Part shown: positions 27,841 through 39,260 of the stretch, piece by piece | How the letters are laid out: each line of letters begins with the position of its first letter | How positions within the stretch are numbered: position 1 is the first letter of the stretch | NCBI RefSeq assembly: GCF_039654945.1 | Contig: NW_027361844.1 | Span: forward strand, 13,392,001 to 13,456,000 | From: Dendrobates tinctorius | Lineage: Eukaryota | Reading direction: 5' to 3' | DNA: 64,000 nucleotides | Program-made: the position numbers and the translations under genes | Notes under the pieces: model-generated | What the model saw: the letters and a program-made list of their open reading frames with translations, nothing else | Databases searched by the model: none | What the model was told of the DNA's origin: nothing

Positions 27841-27969
27841 GTGTAATGTGATGCAATATACATACATCATAGTTTGATCAGGGTGTAATTTGCATAATTG
27901 ATCTGATTTTCTTGTTTGACACTTAGCCTTTCTCTAAAAATCGAATGATACTTACCGATTCAAGTCTAA

Positions 27970-28340
27970 AGGTACTGTCACACTTAGCAATGTACCAGCG
28001 ATCCCGACCAGCGATATGACGCGGTCAGGATCGCTGGTACATCGCTAAGTGGTCGCTAGTGAGCTGCCACACAGGCAGATCTCACCAGCGACATTGCAGG
28101 GGTCGGGGGTCGCTACTTACCTGTCACACTAGGCGATCCTGACGTCCTCCCGCCCGGCTCCACGCTCGTCTCTCCACAGGAAGCGCCACAGGAAGCTGAC
28201 GAGGAGAAACAGTCCTGGACGTTCTCGCGCGATCAGCGATAACCAGCGGGGGAGCCGGTCGTAGGTAAGTATCACACACAGCGATGTCGCTAGCAATATC
28301 GCTATAACGTCACAAGTTATAGCGATATTGCTAGTGATAT
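27970..28340. mobile_element. Harbinger-like MITE
   Basis: AGGTACTGTCACAC...GTGAGACAGTACCT, TAA TSD. Confidence 0.85.
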
Positions 28341-30836
28341 CGCTTAGTGAGACAGTACCTTAAGAGTGAGAGAAAAAAATAGGATGCCGAAGTAAAACAT
28401 CCAAATTTTCCGAATACATTGCAGTACAATAACATAGGAAACTACAAATGATCATGTAAATGATTAATAGCTGCTTCTGTTAAAAAAACTTTTTGCATAT
28501 GGACTGCACATGGATAACAAGTGAGAAATAAAATTGTCCCAGTTTTCTGGATAAAAATTGTACTAATTTTTCTATACTGTCATGTGACACTAGACTTAGC
28601 GCTTTGAGTCAATGATTTTTGACTGAGCGAAGTTTTATTTCCAGAGGCCTGTGGCTTGATAGATAGGAGTAGGCTCATTTGTGTCAGAGTGGGAGGTAAG
28701 TGTAGAAAAAAAATGTGTTTGTTTCTTCTTTGGAGAAAAAGAAATCATAAAACTCTCTCAATCATGCTGGTGCCACAAGTATGTTACAAATTAAAAGTCA
28801 CAAATCTTGAGTGCGTGGAAATGAAGAGACCCTGTAACCTAATCTATATTTGAGGGGAAAAAAAAATCCCAAGCTGGTTTTAAATGGTCTATTTAAACAA
28901 GTGCCAATTATCAAATAATTCTCAGACCTAAACAGAAAGTTTTTTGTATATGAAGTGAGTGCGTCTGCCCTAAGTGTTCAGCTCCAGATGCCTTTTGTCT
29001 AGTTATTGTTTTGAATTCTCTGTAGGCTGTTGCTATCCAATCCCAACAGTTAAAGTAATGCAGAGGAAACACATATATACTGACCATTCTTGCATATGAG
29101 GCATGGGCCTGGGATCTGTTCTTTATGAATTGCTAGGGAAAGTCAAATGTGACAGTCTGTGGAATGGACCTAATTTATTAAACGAGACGTCTAATATAAA
29201 CAGTCATTTGTTTTCAGGTACTGACAGCTCAGGCCTGGGTTATGTGATGTTTTTTGCTTTTTCAAATATGACATCTTTATTCAAGGCATTCAAGGTGGCC
29301 TAAAACTGTTTGAAACTTATTCCTTCACAATCATTTGTATTAGTAGTTATAATTATTCATATTAAAAATGGAAAATATGGGACGTTCCAAAATACATCAC
29401 ATACATAACACAATCTACTTTTGTTATAGCATTATTACTTCTACCTATCTACCTTACAAAAAATAATGCCCCATCGACTTGCAAAACATAACAGTAATAT
29501 CTTTACTACACTCTGAGGGATATGTATAAACTAAAATAAGGCAAAATTTTGGCTTAAATGCCTTGTCATAGAGGGAATGAATTAAGTGAGTGAAGTTACT
29601 TACAGTGGCATGTAAAAGTTTTGGCACCCCTGGTCAAAATTATTTTTATTGTGAACAGCTAAGCATGTTAAAGATAAAATGATCTCTAAAAGGTCTAAAG
29701 TTAAAAGTGACACATTTCCTTTTTATTTTAGGCAAAAAAAATTATCATCTTTTACAATTTACAAATTACAAAAAGGAAATGGGCCAATGCAAAAGTTTAA
29801 CCAAGGTGTCAGACCTAAGGTTATGGATTCTTCACGATCATCATCAGGAAAGGACAGGTGATGCAAATTTTTCAGCTTTATAAAAACCCATCCTCCTCTA
29901 ACCATGTGTCAAAAATCAGCCGCAATGGGTTCTTTTAAGCAGCTGCCTAGCACTCTGAAAATTAAAATGGTGGAGATCCACAAAACAGGAGAAGGCGATA
30001 AGAAAATAGCAAAGAGTTTTCAAGTGGTCCTTTCCTCAGTTGGAAATATAATTAAGAAATGGCATTTAACAGGAACAGTGGAGGTCAAGATCAGGTCTGG
30101 AAGACCAAGCCAAATATCAATGAGAGTTGCTTGTAGAATTGCTAGAGAGGCAAATGAGAATCCCCGCTTAAGACCTTCAGAAAGATTTAGCAGACTGTGG
30201 AGTTGTGGTACATTGTTCTGCTGTTCAGAGACACCTGCTGTCATGATAGTGGATGGGGTTTTGTCTTTGTCCCATCTTGGTCAGATAGAGGTTAATTGTA
30301 TCTGCCTCTCTCAGGTGTTTAGGTGGCTATTTAGATGCCACATGACCTAGGTCCGGCGTCGGTGATAGTTCTGGTCCGTCAGCTTGAGCTGCTGACCTAG
30401 GTTACACTGTTGGCAGTTGTGCTTCTCTGTATGCATGTCCGCTGTTTTGTGTATGACCCGGTTTCTGTCCTCCGTTTTGGTACTGTTTAGCTTGCTCTGG
30501 TTTCTGATCCCCTGGCTCGTCTCTGATTACTCTTACGTTTTTCCTCCGGTACCACGCGCCTGTCTGGTTTTGACCTATTGGCTTTTCCTGACCCGGTGCT
30601 TGCTGTGACCTCTGGTACTTTGTATTACTGCTTATTGCTGACCAGGCTTTTGTAATTTTTGCTGCCACCTGGTGTTGGTTTTGGCTGCTGCAGTGCAGGC
30701 CTGCCTTAGGAGGGGGCATTCCCTTCTCCCCTCTGTTGCCAACAGGTGGAGCGCACACAAACCTGCATTGCAGCTGCATGACATTATTTCCAACCACACA
30801 TTAAATCTAGTCTAGGTATATTTTTTTTTCTGTGCT

Positions 30837-33800
30837 ATGGATCCGCTCTGCACTTTGACAGATCAGGTGACCAGTCTTACCCAAATGATGCAGAGTCTGT
30901 CTGCGGAGCAGAGGGCATTGGCTGCCTCTTACCAGCAGGTACAAAGAGAGTTTTCTGAGATGGTTAAAACTGTTCAGAGTGCTTCCCCTCTGGCTGGCAG
31001 TAAGGATGATAGTGTGTCTGATGTATCTTTGCCTTCCCCTGAACCCTCTGTCAAGCTCCCTGACACATTTGCTGGAGAGAAAGAGAAGTTTTGGATATTT
31101 ATGGAGAGTTGTAAATTGTTGTTCTCCCTCAGGGTGATGAGAGTCAGAGGGTAGGGATGTTGATGTCAATACCTTGTGAGGGTCTGCAGGATTGGGCTTT
31201 CTCCTTACACCCCACTGCCCCTGAGAGAATGTCTGTGGAAAAATTCTTTGAAGCTCTGGGGTTCATATATGATGAACCGGGTCGGGTCAGACTGGCTGAG
31301 GACACGATTATGAGGAGTTGTGCAACAGAAGACCCCTTTTTTTGGTTAAGTCTGAGCCATTGCCCCAAGTCAAGCCGATGGAGATGGGGCCACCTCATTG
31401 AAGGAGAAGGAGAGGAGACATCGGCGGAAGAACAAGCTCTGCTTTTATTGTGGTGACCCGGGACATTGGAAGAGAGACTGTCACTCCTGCCCATCGGTTT
31501 CCAAGAAGTCGGGAAATGCATAAGTCTGGGTAACTGTCGAGGAGGTTACCCAGACTCTCAGGTACATTTTTCCTCTGTTTCCAAATTGCTGCTTAAGGTG
31601 GAACTTGGTACAAAAGACTGTTTTTTTTTCCTATTACGGCTTTTTGTGGACTGTGGGTCCTCAGTAAACCTGATTGACTCTAAACTTGTGGCCCATTTTG
31701 AGATAGGAACAGTTAGGTTGGGGACTCCCATGAAAGTGGTGGCCATTGACTCTACGCCTCTCACCAAACACACAATAAATTTTGCTTCTGAGGAGTTCAT
31801 CCTCAAGGTGGGGCCTGTTCACCAGGAACATTTATCCTGCTTCATTTTGAACAATCTTCCTGCAGGCCTGGTGTGGGGTTTCCTTGGCTGCAACTCCACA
31901 ACCTAGTAATAGACTGGGAATCTCACAAGATCTTGATATGGGGGTCTAATTGTGTAGAAAATGTTTTATTTCTGTGTCTTCCATTGGTCTGGAGGGTATT
32001 CTGGAGTACCGGAAGGACTATGCGGATGTTTTTTCCGAAAAAGAGGCTAAGGTTTTGCCACCATACCACCCATTTGATTGTGCCAATGACCTGGTTTCAG
32101 GTGCTAAATTGCCCACGGCCCACTTGTATAACCTCTCTGGTCCTGAGCGGGCCGCTATGAAAGAATACATTTCTGAGAGTCTCTGCAAGAGGCACATTCG
32201 TCCTTCTGTTTCTCCTGTGGCAGCAGGGTTCTTTTTTGTAAAAAAAGACGCTGGTCTACGCCCATGCCTCGATTTTTGGGAGCTGAATAAGATTACGGTC
32301 AGAAATACTTACCCCCTCCCACTTATTCACGATTTGTATAACAGGTTGTTTGGGGCAAAGTGGTTCTCTAAATTGGATCAGCGGGGGGGCATATAACTTT
32401 ATCCAGGTGCGGGAGGGGGATGAGTGTAAAATTGCATTTCTCACTACAGAGGGGTTATTTGAGAACTTAGTCATGCCTTTCGGTTTGACCAATGTACCAG
32501 CAGTCTTCCAAAATGTTATCAATCATGTGTTCTCTGACTTTATTGGGCATTTTATGGTTGTGTATTTGGATGACATACTTGTCTATTCGCTCGACAAACA
32601 GGCTCACATTGGTCATCTTCGAGCAGCTCTCCAAAGACTCCGGGAGAACTGTCTCTTTTCTAAGTTAGAGAAATGTTCATTCTTTGATCAGGAACTGTCT
32701 TTTTTGAGGTTCATTGTGTCTGCTGAGGTGTTTCGTATGGATCCTAAGAAGGTCCAGACCATTGTTGATTAGGTGCAACCCCGAGATTTGAAAGATCTGC
32801 AGCGTTTCTTAGAGTGCGCTAATTACTATCGCAAGTTTATAAAGGGGTTCCCGCAGGTAGTTAAACCTATCACACATCTGACTCAAAAGGGGACTGATTT
32901 CAAGAATTCGTCAGCCACAGTGGGGGTGGCGTTTCAGTCCTTAAAAAAGGGTTTCATGTCTGCTCCGGTTCTAATTCAACCCGACCCCTCTGAACCATTT
33001 ATTGTTGAGGTGGACGCCTCTGAGGTGGGGGTGGGAGCGGTGTTGTCCCAGGGGCCCACCACTTTGACCAATTTGAGACCCTGTACCTTCTTTTCTAAGA
33101 AGTTTTCCCCGGAAGAGAGAAATTATGATGTGGGGAATTGGGAACTTCTGGCCGTGAAGTTGGCCTTTGAAGAATGGAGGCATTTTTGGAAGGGGCTGTC
33201 CATCCTATTACCGCGGTCACTGGCCACAAATACCTGGGTTACATTGAGTCTGCTAAGAGGTTGACCCCGAGGCAGGCGAGACGGTCGCTCTTTTTCTCGA
33301 TTCCACTTCTCCATCACCTTTTGGCTGGGATCCAAAAATGTCAGGGCTGATGCCTAGAATTTTATAGGCTGAACTGGATGGAATAATGTCTTTTTTCGGC
33401 CTTACTAACTATGTTACTATGTTACTATGCCTTGTCCTGCAGTTTGGATCTGGTGTCTCCCCCTGAACTTCCATCCCCCATTCTTCAACCCGGGGTGGTG
33501 TGGGCGGATGATTCTACCATGTTGGAGCAGGAGATATGGGAAGCTCAGTCTCTGGCCCCTCCATTGAAACCAGTGGATAAACTTTTTGTACCAGTTCAGT
33601 TTCGCCTCATGGTCCTCAGGAGTTCCACAACTCAGCTCTGGGTGGACATCTTGGGATCTCGGCCACCCGGAGGGCCATTGCTAGGGTATTCTGGTGGTCC
33701 TCCTTATCCTCTGATGTTGAGGAATTTGTGTCTGCATATGAGATATGTGCCCGTGCAAAAAAAATCCAATAACCAACCAGGGAATTGATGTCACTGCCAA

Positions 33801-34690
33801 TTCATAATAGACCATGCATCCATTTGTCCATGGACTTTATCACCAATCTTCCTCCTTAAGAGGTTGGGTATTGGTCTGTCTTTTTTGTCTACTTGTCACC
33901 CGGAGACAAATGGTCAGACTGAGGGGACCAATCTGTCTCTGGAGCAAATTTTGTGTTGCCTGTCCTCAGCCCGACAGGATGATTGGTGTACTGCATTACC
34001 TTTGGCCGAGTTCGTGTTTAACAACAGTATTAATAAGTCCATGGGCACATCCCCTTTTTTTCTGCAACTATAGGTTTCATCCACATTTTGGGGAATTCTC
34101 CCATTTAGACTCAGGGTGTCCTAGAGAAGATGGGGCAATCCAGTGGTTAGGGGAGTTATGGTGGGTGGTCCAAAGGAACATTTTAAAGGCTCAGACTAAG
34201 AATAATTTCTTTGCAGGCAAATATTGGTCCGTGGGACCTGTGTTCCGGGTTGGGGATAAAGTTCGGTTGTCTACTAAGAACATAAGACTCAAGATCCCTC
34301 TGCGAAGCTTGGACCTAAATTTATTGGCCCTTATGAAATTATAGAAGTATTAAACCCGGTGGCCTTTAAGCTGCATCTCTCGCCATCTCAAAGGATTCCC
34401 AACGTTTTCCATAGGGCCCTTTTGAAACCATTGGGGTCCTGTGGGGGGGTCATTGTCTTCCCCATCACCGGTTTTGGTAGATGGATAGTCTGAGTACAAG
34501 GTGAAGCGAATCGTTGACTCTGGAATGGTCTGTCATGCTCTTCAGTATCTTGTACATTGGAAGGGCTTCGGTCTGGAGGACCGGTCATGGGTTCCTGCAC
34601 AATCAGTTCATGTGGATCTGTTGGTCCGGGCCTTTCATGCCAGGTATCCTGGGAAACCTGGTGGTCCGGTGGCCCCCTGTGGAGAGGGGG
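30837..34690 (+). pseudogene. gag-pol pseudogene (gag with CCHC, protease, RT, RNase H, partly deleted integrase, chromodomain)
   Basis: MDPL..PEPSVKLPDTFAG; CFYCGDPGHWKRDC; FVDCGS; VVYLDDILVYS; VEVDASEVGVGAVLSQ; HPETNGQTE; LQYLVHWKGFGLEDRSWVP; many frameshifts. Confidence 0.92.
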
Positions 34691-35209
34691 GTACTGTCAT
34701 GATCCAGGATGGGGTTTTATCTTTGTCCTGTCCTGGTCAGATAGGGCTTAATTGTATCTGCCTCTCTCTGGTGTTTAGGCGACTATTTAGTTGCCACATG
34801 ATCTAGATCCGGCATCAGTGATAGTTCTGGTCCCTCAGCTTGAGCAGCTGACCTAGGTTTCTCTGTTGATAATCGTGCTTCTCTGTATGCATGTCTGCTG
34901 TTGTGTGTATGACCAGGCTTGTTCCCTGACCTGAGTTTCTGTCCTCCATTTTGGTACTATTTAGCTTGCTCTGGTTTCTGATGCCCTCGCTCATCTCTAA
35001 TTACTCTTCCATTTTTCCCCCCAGTACCGGTTTTGACCTATTGGCTTGTTCCTGACCACATGCTTGCTGTAAATCAACAGCCGCGGAGACACCATCACAT
35101 GTTTCTCAACGCAAGCAATGACTAGCCAGGTCTTTCCCCGGGAAGGAACAACCACGGGAAGGGCAGTCTCCAATGAAGGAAACCACCTATGCCAAAACAT
35201 GGTATCCAT

Positions 35210-35251
35210 CCACAGACAGCTGTTTCGGGGTATTGCCCCTCATCAGTGTGG
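35210..35251 (-). ncRNA. type I hammerhead ribozyme
   Basis: Reverse complement = CCACA CTGATGA GGGG caata CCCC GAAAC agct GTC TGTGG. Confidence 0.9.
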
Positions 35252-35560
35252 AGTAGGAAACTGGCTAGTAGGAGCAATGCCTAGTGAAAGGCTATGAACA
35301 TAAGGATGAGTGACCTCATGGAGATCAACATCCAACACTGCGGAGACACCATCACATGTTTCTCAACGCAGTGATCTAGAGCAATGCCCCCATCCCTTAT
35401 GGGAAATATGCAAAAGCATGTAAATCAACAGCCGCGGAGACACCATCACATGTTTCTCAACGCAAGCAATGACTAGCCAGGTCTTTCCCCGGGAAGGAAC
35501 AACCACGGGAAGGGCAGTCTCCAATGAAGGAAACCACCTATGCCAAAACATGGTATCCAT

Positions 35561-35602
35561 CCACAGACAGCTGTTTCGGGGTATTGCCCCTCATCAGTGT
35601 GG
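35561..35602 (-). ncRNA. type I hammerhead ribozyme
   Basis: Identical copy, +351. Confidence 0.9.
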
Positions 35603-35911
35603 AGTAGGAAACTGGCTAGTAGGAGCAATGCCTAGTGAAAGGCTATGAACATAAGGATGAGTGACCTCATGGAGATCAACATCCAACACTGCGGAGACAC
35701 CATCACATGTTTCTCAACGCAGTGATCTAGAGCAATGCCCCCATCCCTTATGGGAAATATGCAAAAGCATGTAAATCAACAGCCGCGGAGACACCATCAC
35801 ATGTTTCTCAACGCAAGCAATGACTAGCCAGGTCTTTCCCCGGGAAGGAACAACCACGGGAAGGGCAGTCTCCAATGAAGGAAACCACCTATGCCAAAAC
35901 ATGGTATCCAT

Positions 35912-35953
35912 CCACAGACAGCTGTTTCGGGGTATTGCCCCTCATCAGTGTGG
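35912..35953 (-). ncRNA. type I hammerhead ribozyme
   Basis: Identical copy, +702. Confidence 0.9.
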
Positions 35954-36472
35954 AGTAGGAAACTGGCTAGTAGGAGCAATGCCTAGTGAAAGGCTATGAA
36001 CATAAGGATGAGTGACCTCATGGAGATCAACATCCAACACTGCGGAGACACCATCACATGTTTCTCAACGCAGTGATCTAGAGCAATGCCCCCATCCCTT
36101 ATGGGAAATATGCAAAAGCATGTAAATCAACAGCCGCGGAGACACCATCACATGTTTCTCAACGCAAGCAATGACTAGCCAGGTCTTTCCCCGGGAAGGA
36201 ACAACCACGGGAAGGGCAGTCTCCAATGAAGGAAACCACCTATGCCAAAACATGGTATCCATCCACAGACAGCTGTTTCGGGGTATTGCCCCTCATCAGT
36301 GTATTGCCCCGAAACAGCTGTCTGTGGATGGATACCATGTTTTGGCATAGGTGGTTTCCTTCATTGGAGACTGCCCTTCCCGTGGTTGTTCCTTCCCGGG
36401 GAAAGACCTGGCTAGTCATTGCTTGCGTTGAGAAACATGTGATGGTGTCTCCGCGGCTGTTGATTTACATGC

Positions 36473-36592
36473 TTTTGCATATTTCCCATAAGGGATGGGG
36501 GCATTGCTCTAGATCACTGCGTTGAGAAACATGTGATGGTGTCTCCGCAGTGTTGGATGTTGATCTCCATGAGGTCACTCATCCTTATGTTC
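36473..36592 (+). promoter_or_regulatory. putative snRNA-type promoter module in each monomer (octamer-like + SPH-like, then PSE-like)
   Basis: TTTTGCAT (36473-80) followed by TTTCCCATA; CTCATCCTTATGTTC (36578-92) starts ~59 nt before the hammerhead. Confidence 0.5.
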
Positions 36593-36636
36593 ATAGCCTT
36601 TCACTAGGCATTGCTCCTACTAGCCAGTTTCCTACT

Positions 36637-36678
36637 CCACACTGATGAGGGGCAATACCCCGAAACAGCTGTCTGTGG
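36637..36678 (+). ncRNA. type I hammerhead ribozyme (predicted cleavage after GUC at 36673)
   Basis: Stem I CCACA/TGTGG, core CUGAUGA, stem II GGGG/CCCC, GAAA, short palindromic stem III ACAGCTGT. Confidence 0.92.
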
Positions 36679-36987
36679 ATGGATACCATGTTTTGGCATA
36701 GGTGGTTTCCTTCATTGGAGACTGCCCTTCCCGTGGTTGTTCCTTCCCGGGGAAAGACCTGGCTAGTCATTGCTTGCGTTGAGAAACATGTGATGGTGTC
36801 TCCGCGGCTGTTGATTTACATGCTTTTGCATATTTCCCATAAGGGATGGGGGCATTGCTCTAGATCACTGCGTTGAGAAACATGTGATGGTGTCTCCGCA
36901 GTGTTGGATGTTGATCTCCATGAGGTCACTCATCCTTATGTTCATAGCCTTTCACTAGGCATTGCTCCTACTAGCCAGTTTCCTACT

Positions 36988-37029
36988 CCACACTGATGAG
37001 GGGCAATACCCCGAAACAGCTGTCTGTGG
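36988..37029 (+). ncRNA. type I hammerhead ribozyme
   Basis: Identical copy, +351. Confidence 0.92.
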
Positions 37030-38668
37030 ATGGATACCATGTTTTGGCATAGGTGGTTTCCTTCATTGGAGACTGCCCTTCCCGTGGTTGTTCCTTCCCG
37101 GGGAAAGACCTGGCTAGTCATTGCTTGCGTTGAGAAACATGTGATGGTGTCTCCGCGGCTGTTGATTTACATGCTTTTGCATATTTCCCATAAGGGATGG
37201 GGGCATTGCTCTAGATCACTGCGTTGGGAAACATGTGATGGTGTCTCCGCAGTGTTGGATGTTGATCTCCATGAGGTCACTCATCCTTATGTTCACATGC
37301 TTGCTGTGACCTCTGGTTCTTCGTATTACTGCTTTTGCTGACCAGGCTTTTGTCATTTTTGCTGCCACCTGGTGGTGGTTTTGACTGCTGCAGTGCAGGT
37401 CTGCCCTAGGTGTGGGCAGTCCCTTCTCCCCTCTGCTGCCAACAGGTGGAGCACACACAAACCTGCATTGCAGCTGCATGACACCTGCACAAATATTGCC
37501 TTCATGGAAGAGTCATCAGAAGAAAACCTCTCCTGTGTCCTCATCATGAAATTCAGTTTCAGAAGTGTGCAAAAGAACATCTAAACATTCCTGATGCATT
37601 TTAGAACCAAGTCCTGGAAACCGATGAGGTTAAGCGAGAACTGTTTTGCCACAATGATCAAAGATACTGTATGTATAGAGAAAAAGGGCACAGAACTTCA
37701 GGAAAATAAAATCTCACCAACCATTAAGCATGGGGGTGGATTAATCATCGTTTGGGTTGTGTTGCAGCCAATAGCACAAGGAACATTTTACGGGTACAGG
37801 GAAGAATGGATTCAATGAAATTTCAACAAATTCTTGGTGCAAACATAACATCATCTTTAAAAAAGCTGAAGTTGAAAAGAGGATGATTTCTACAAATGGA
37901 TAATGATCCTAAAACACAAGTCAAAATTCACAATAGACTACATCTAAAGGCATAAGCTGAAGGTTTTACAACAGCCCTCACAGTCCCTTGTTCTGAAGAT
38001 CATTGAAGATCTGTGGCTCAACCTCAAAATAGCAGTGCATACCAGACAAACCAGGAATCTGATAGAACTGGAAGAATTTTCCAATGAAGAATATATTGAA
38101 ATCCTTTAAATAAGAATTGAAAGACTCTTGGCTGACTACAAAAAGCGTGTACAAGCTATGATACTTTCAAAAAGGGGTGCTACTAGGTACTCACCATACA
38201 GGGTGCCAAACTTTTGCATTGATGACCAATTTTTCTTTTTGCAATTTTTAAAATGTAAAAGATGATAATATGTTTTGCCTAAAATAGAAAGGAAATGTGC
38301 CATCTTTAGCGTTAGGCCTTTCAGATGTCATTTCATCTTCAACTTGCTTAACTATTCACAATAACAGTAATTTTCACCAGGGGTGCCCAGTCTTTTACAT
38401 GCCAATGTAAACTTCGACACTATTCGACAAAACATGTACCAATATTTAGGGGCAAATTATTGTCACAAGGTAAGAAAACTACTAGGTGGTGTAAGGTGGG
38501 AGGGAATACTTAGAGAGAAAACTTACTGGATTAAGATGTGGCTAATTTATTAAGAGGTACATTAAAAAGAAGCTAATTATTTCACAAATATAATTTGCAA
38601 CTGTTTTTCAGCCAGAAAATAAGTGTATCAAACACCAGGAGTAACTGTGATATTTTTAATCTGTCTAG

Positions 38669-39134
38669 CAGTGATGAGCCAACATGTTGGGATAACGTGT
38701 TATCCAAGTGTAACAAGGTGGCATGGGGTGGTAGTCATGACTAAGTTCATTTAAAGCAACAGTCCACAAGCACTCCGGCCCCTTGCAAATAAAACAGACA
38801 GGACAAATACAATCCCAGGCAATTTATCTTTCTCCACAGTCACTGCAGCATGGGCAATAAGGGTCCAGGAACACAACCCAGGCACAGTTGTAATCCAACA
38901 GGGAAAACGATTTATTGTAGAAAAGGAGGATGCAATAAACTGGATAAACTTCCTGCACTTTCCCTAGCAACATTCACTGCAGTATTGATGGTAGCATGTG
39001 TTGCGGCTGTCTAATAACTGAGAATAATGCAACCATGGGGACTTGAACATATTATTCGAGCACTCCCAAAATACTCGGATAACACCAGAGCATGCTCAGA
39101 TAACATGTTATCCGAGCATGTTCGCTCATCACTA
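38669..39134. mobile_element. hAT MITE
   Basis: CAGTGATGAGC...GCTCATCACTA; 8-bp TSD CTGTCTAG. Confidence 0.88.
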
Positions 39135-39260
39135 CTGTCTAGCATAAGTTTACACCATGTGACAAAGTCACTGGCAAGGTGCTGGAGGGGGGACATGTTT
39201 TGCTGAGGCTAATAGCTTCTGTAATTTAAAAACCCAGGAGTTTTTCCTTCAGCACACTAA

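Larger units (their letters stand above)
35071..37293. mobile_element. retrozyme-like array of 351-bp hammerhead monomers: ~3.5 copies on minus, then ~2.8 on plus (head-to-head)
   Basis: Identical ORFs recur every 351 bp; inversion at ~36300; TSD CACATGCTTGCTGT (35057-70 and 37294-307). Confidence 0.9.
30239..37483 (+). mobile_element. full-length decayed chromoviral Gypsy LTR retrotransposon (LTRs 30239-30783 and 34695-37483)
   Basis: TG..CA LTRs, TSD CCTGC, PBS-like TTATTTCCAACC, PPT GGAGAGGGGGG; the 3' LTR carries the 351-bp array. Confidence 0.93.
29603..38407 (+). mobile_element. Tc1/mariner element (family A), transposase pseudogene split by a Gypsy insertion
   Basis: TA-CAGTGGCATGTAAAAGTTT...TTTTACATGCCAATG-TA; MGSFKQLPSTLK..RSGRP (29925-30238) continues at 37489-38190. 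Confidence 0.9.

Noticed and set aside
35071-37293. CRISPR-like pattern (31-nt repeat recurring) and a repeated 65-aa ORF MDTMFWHRW..
   Set aside because: Spacers are identical between units and long, there are no cas genes, and the context is eukaryotic; the ORF recurs only because the unit repeats and has no recognisable domain.
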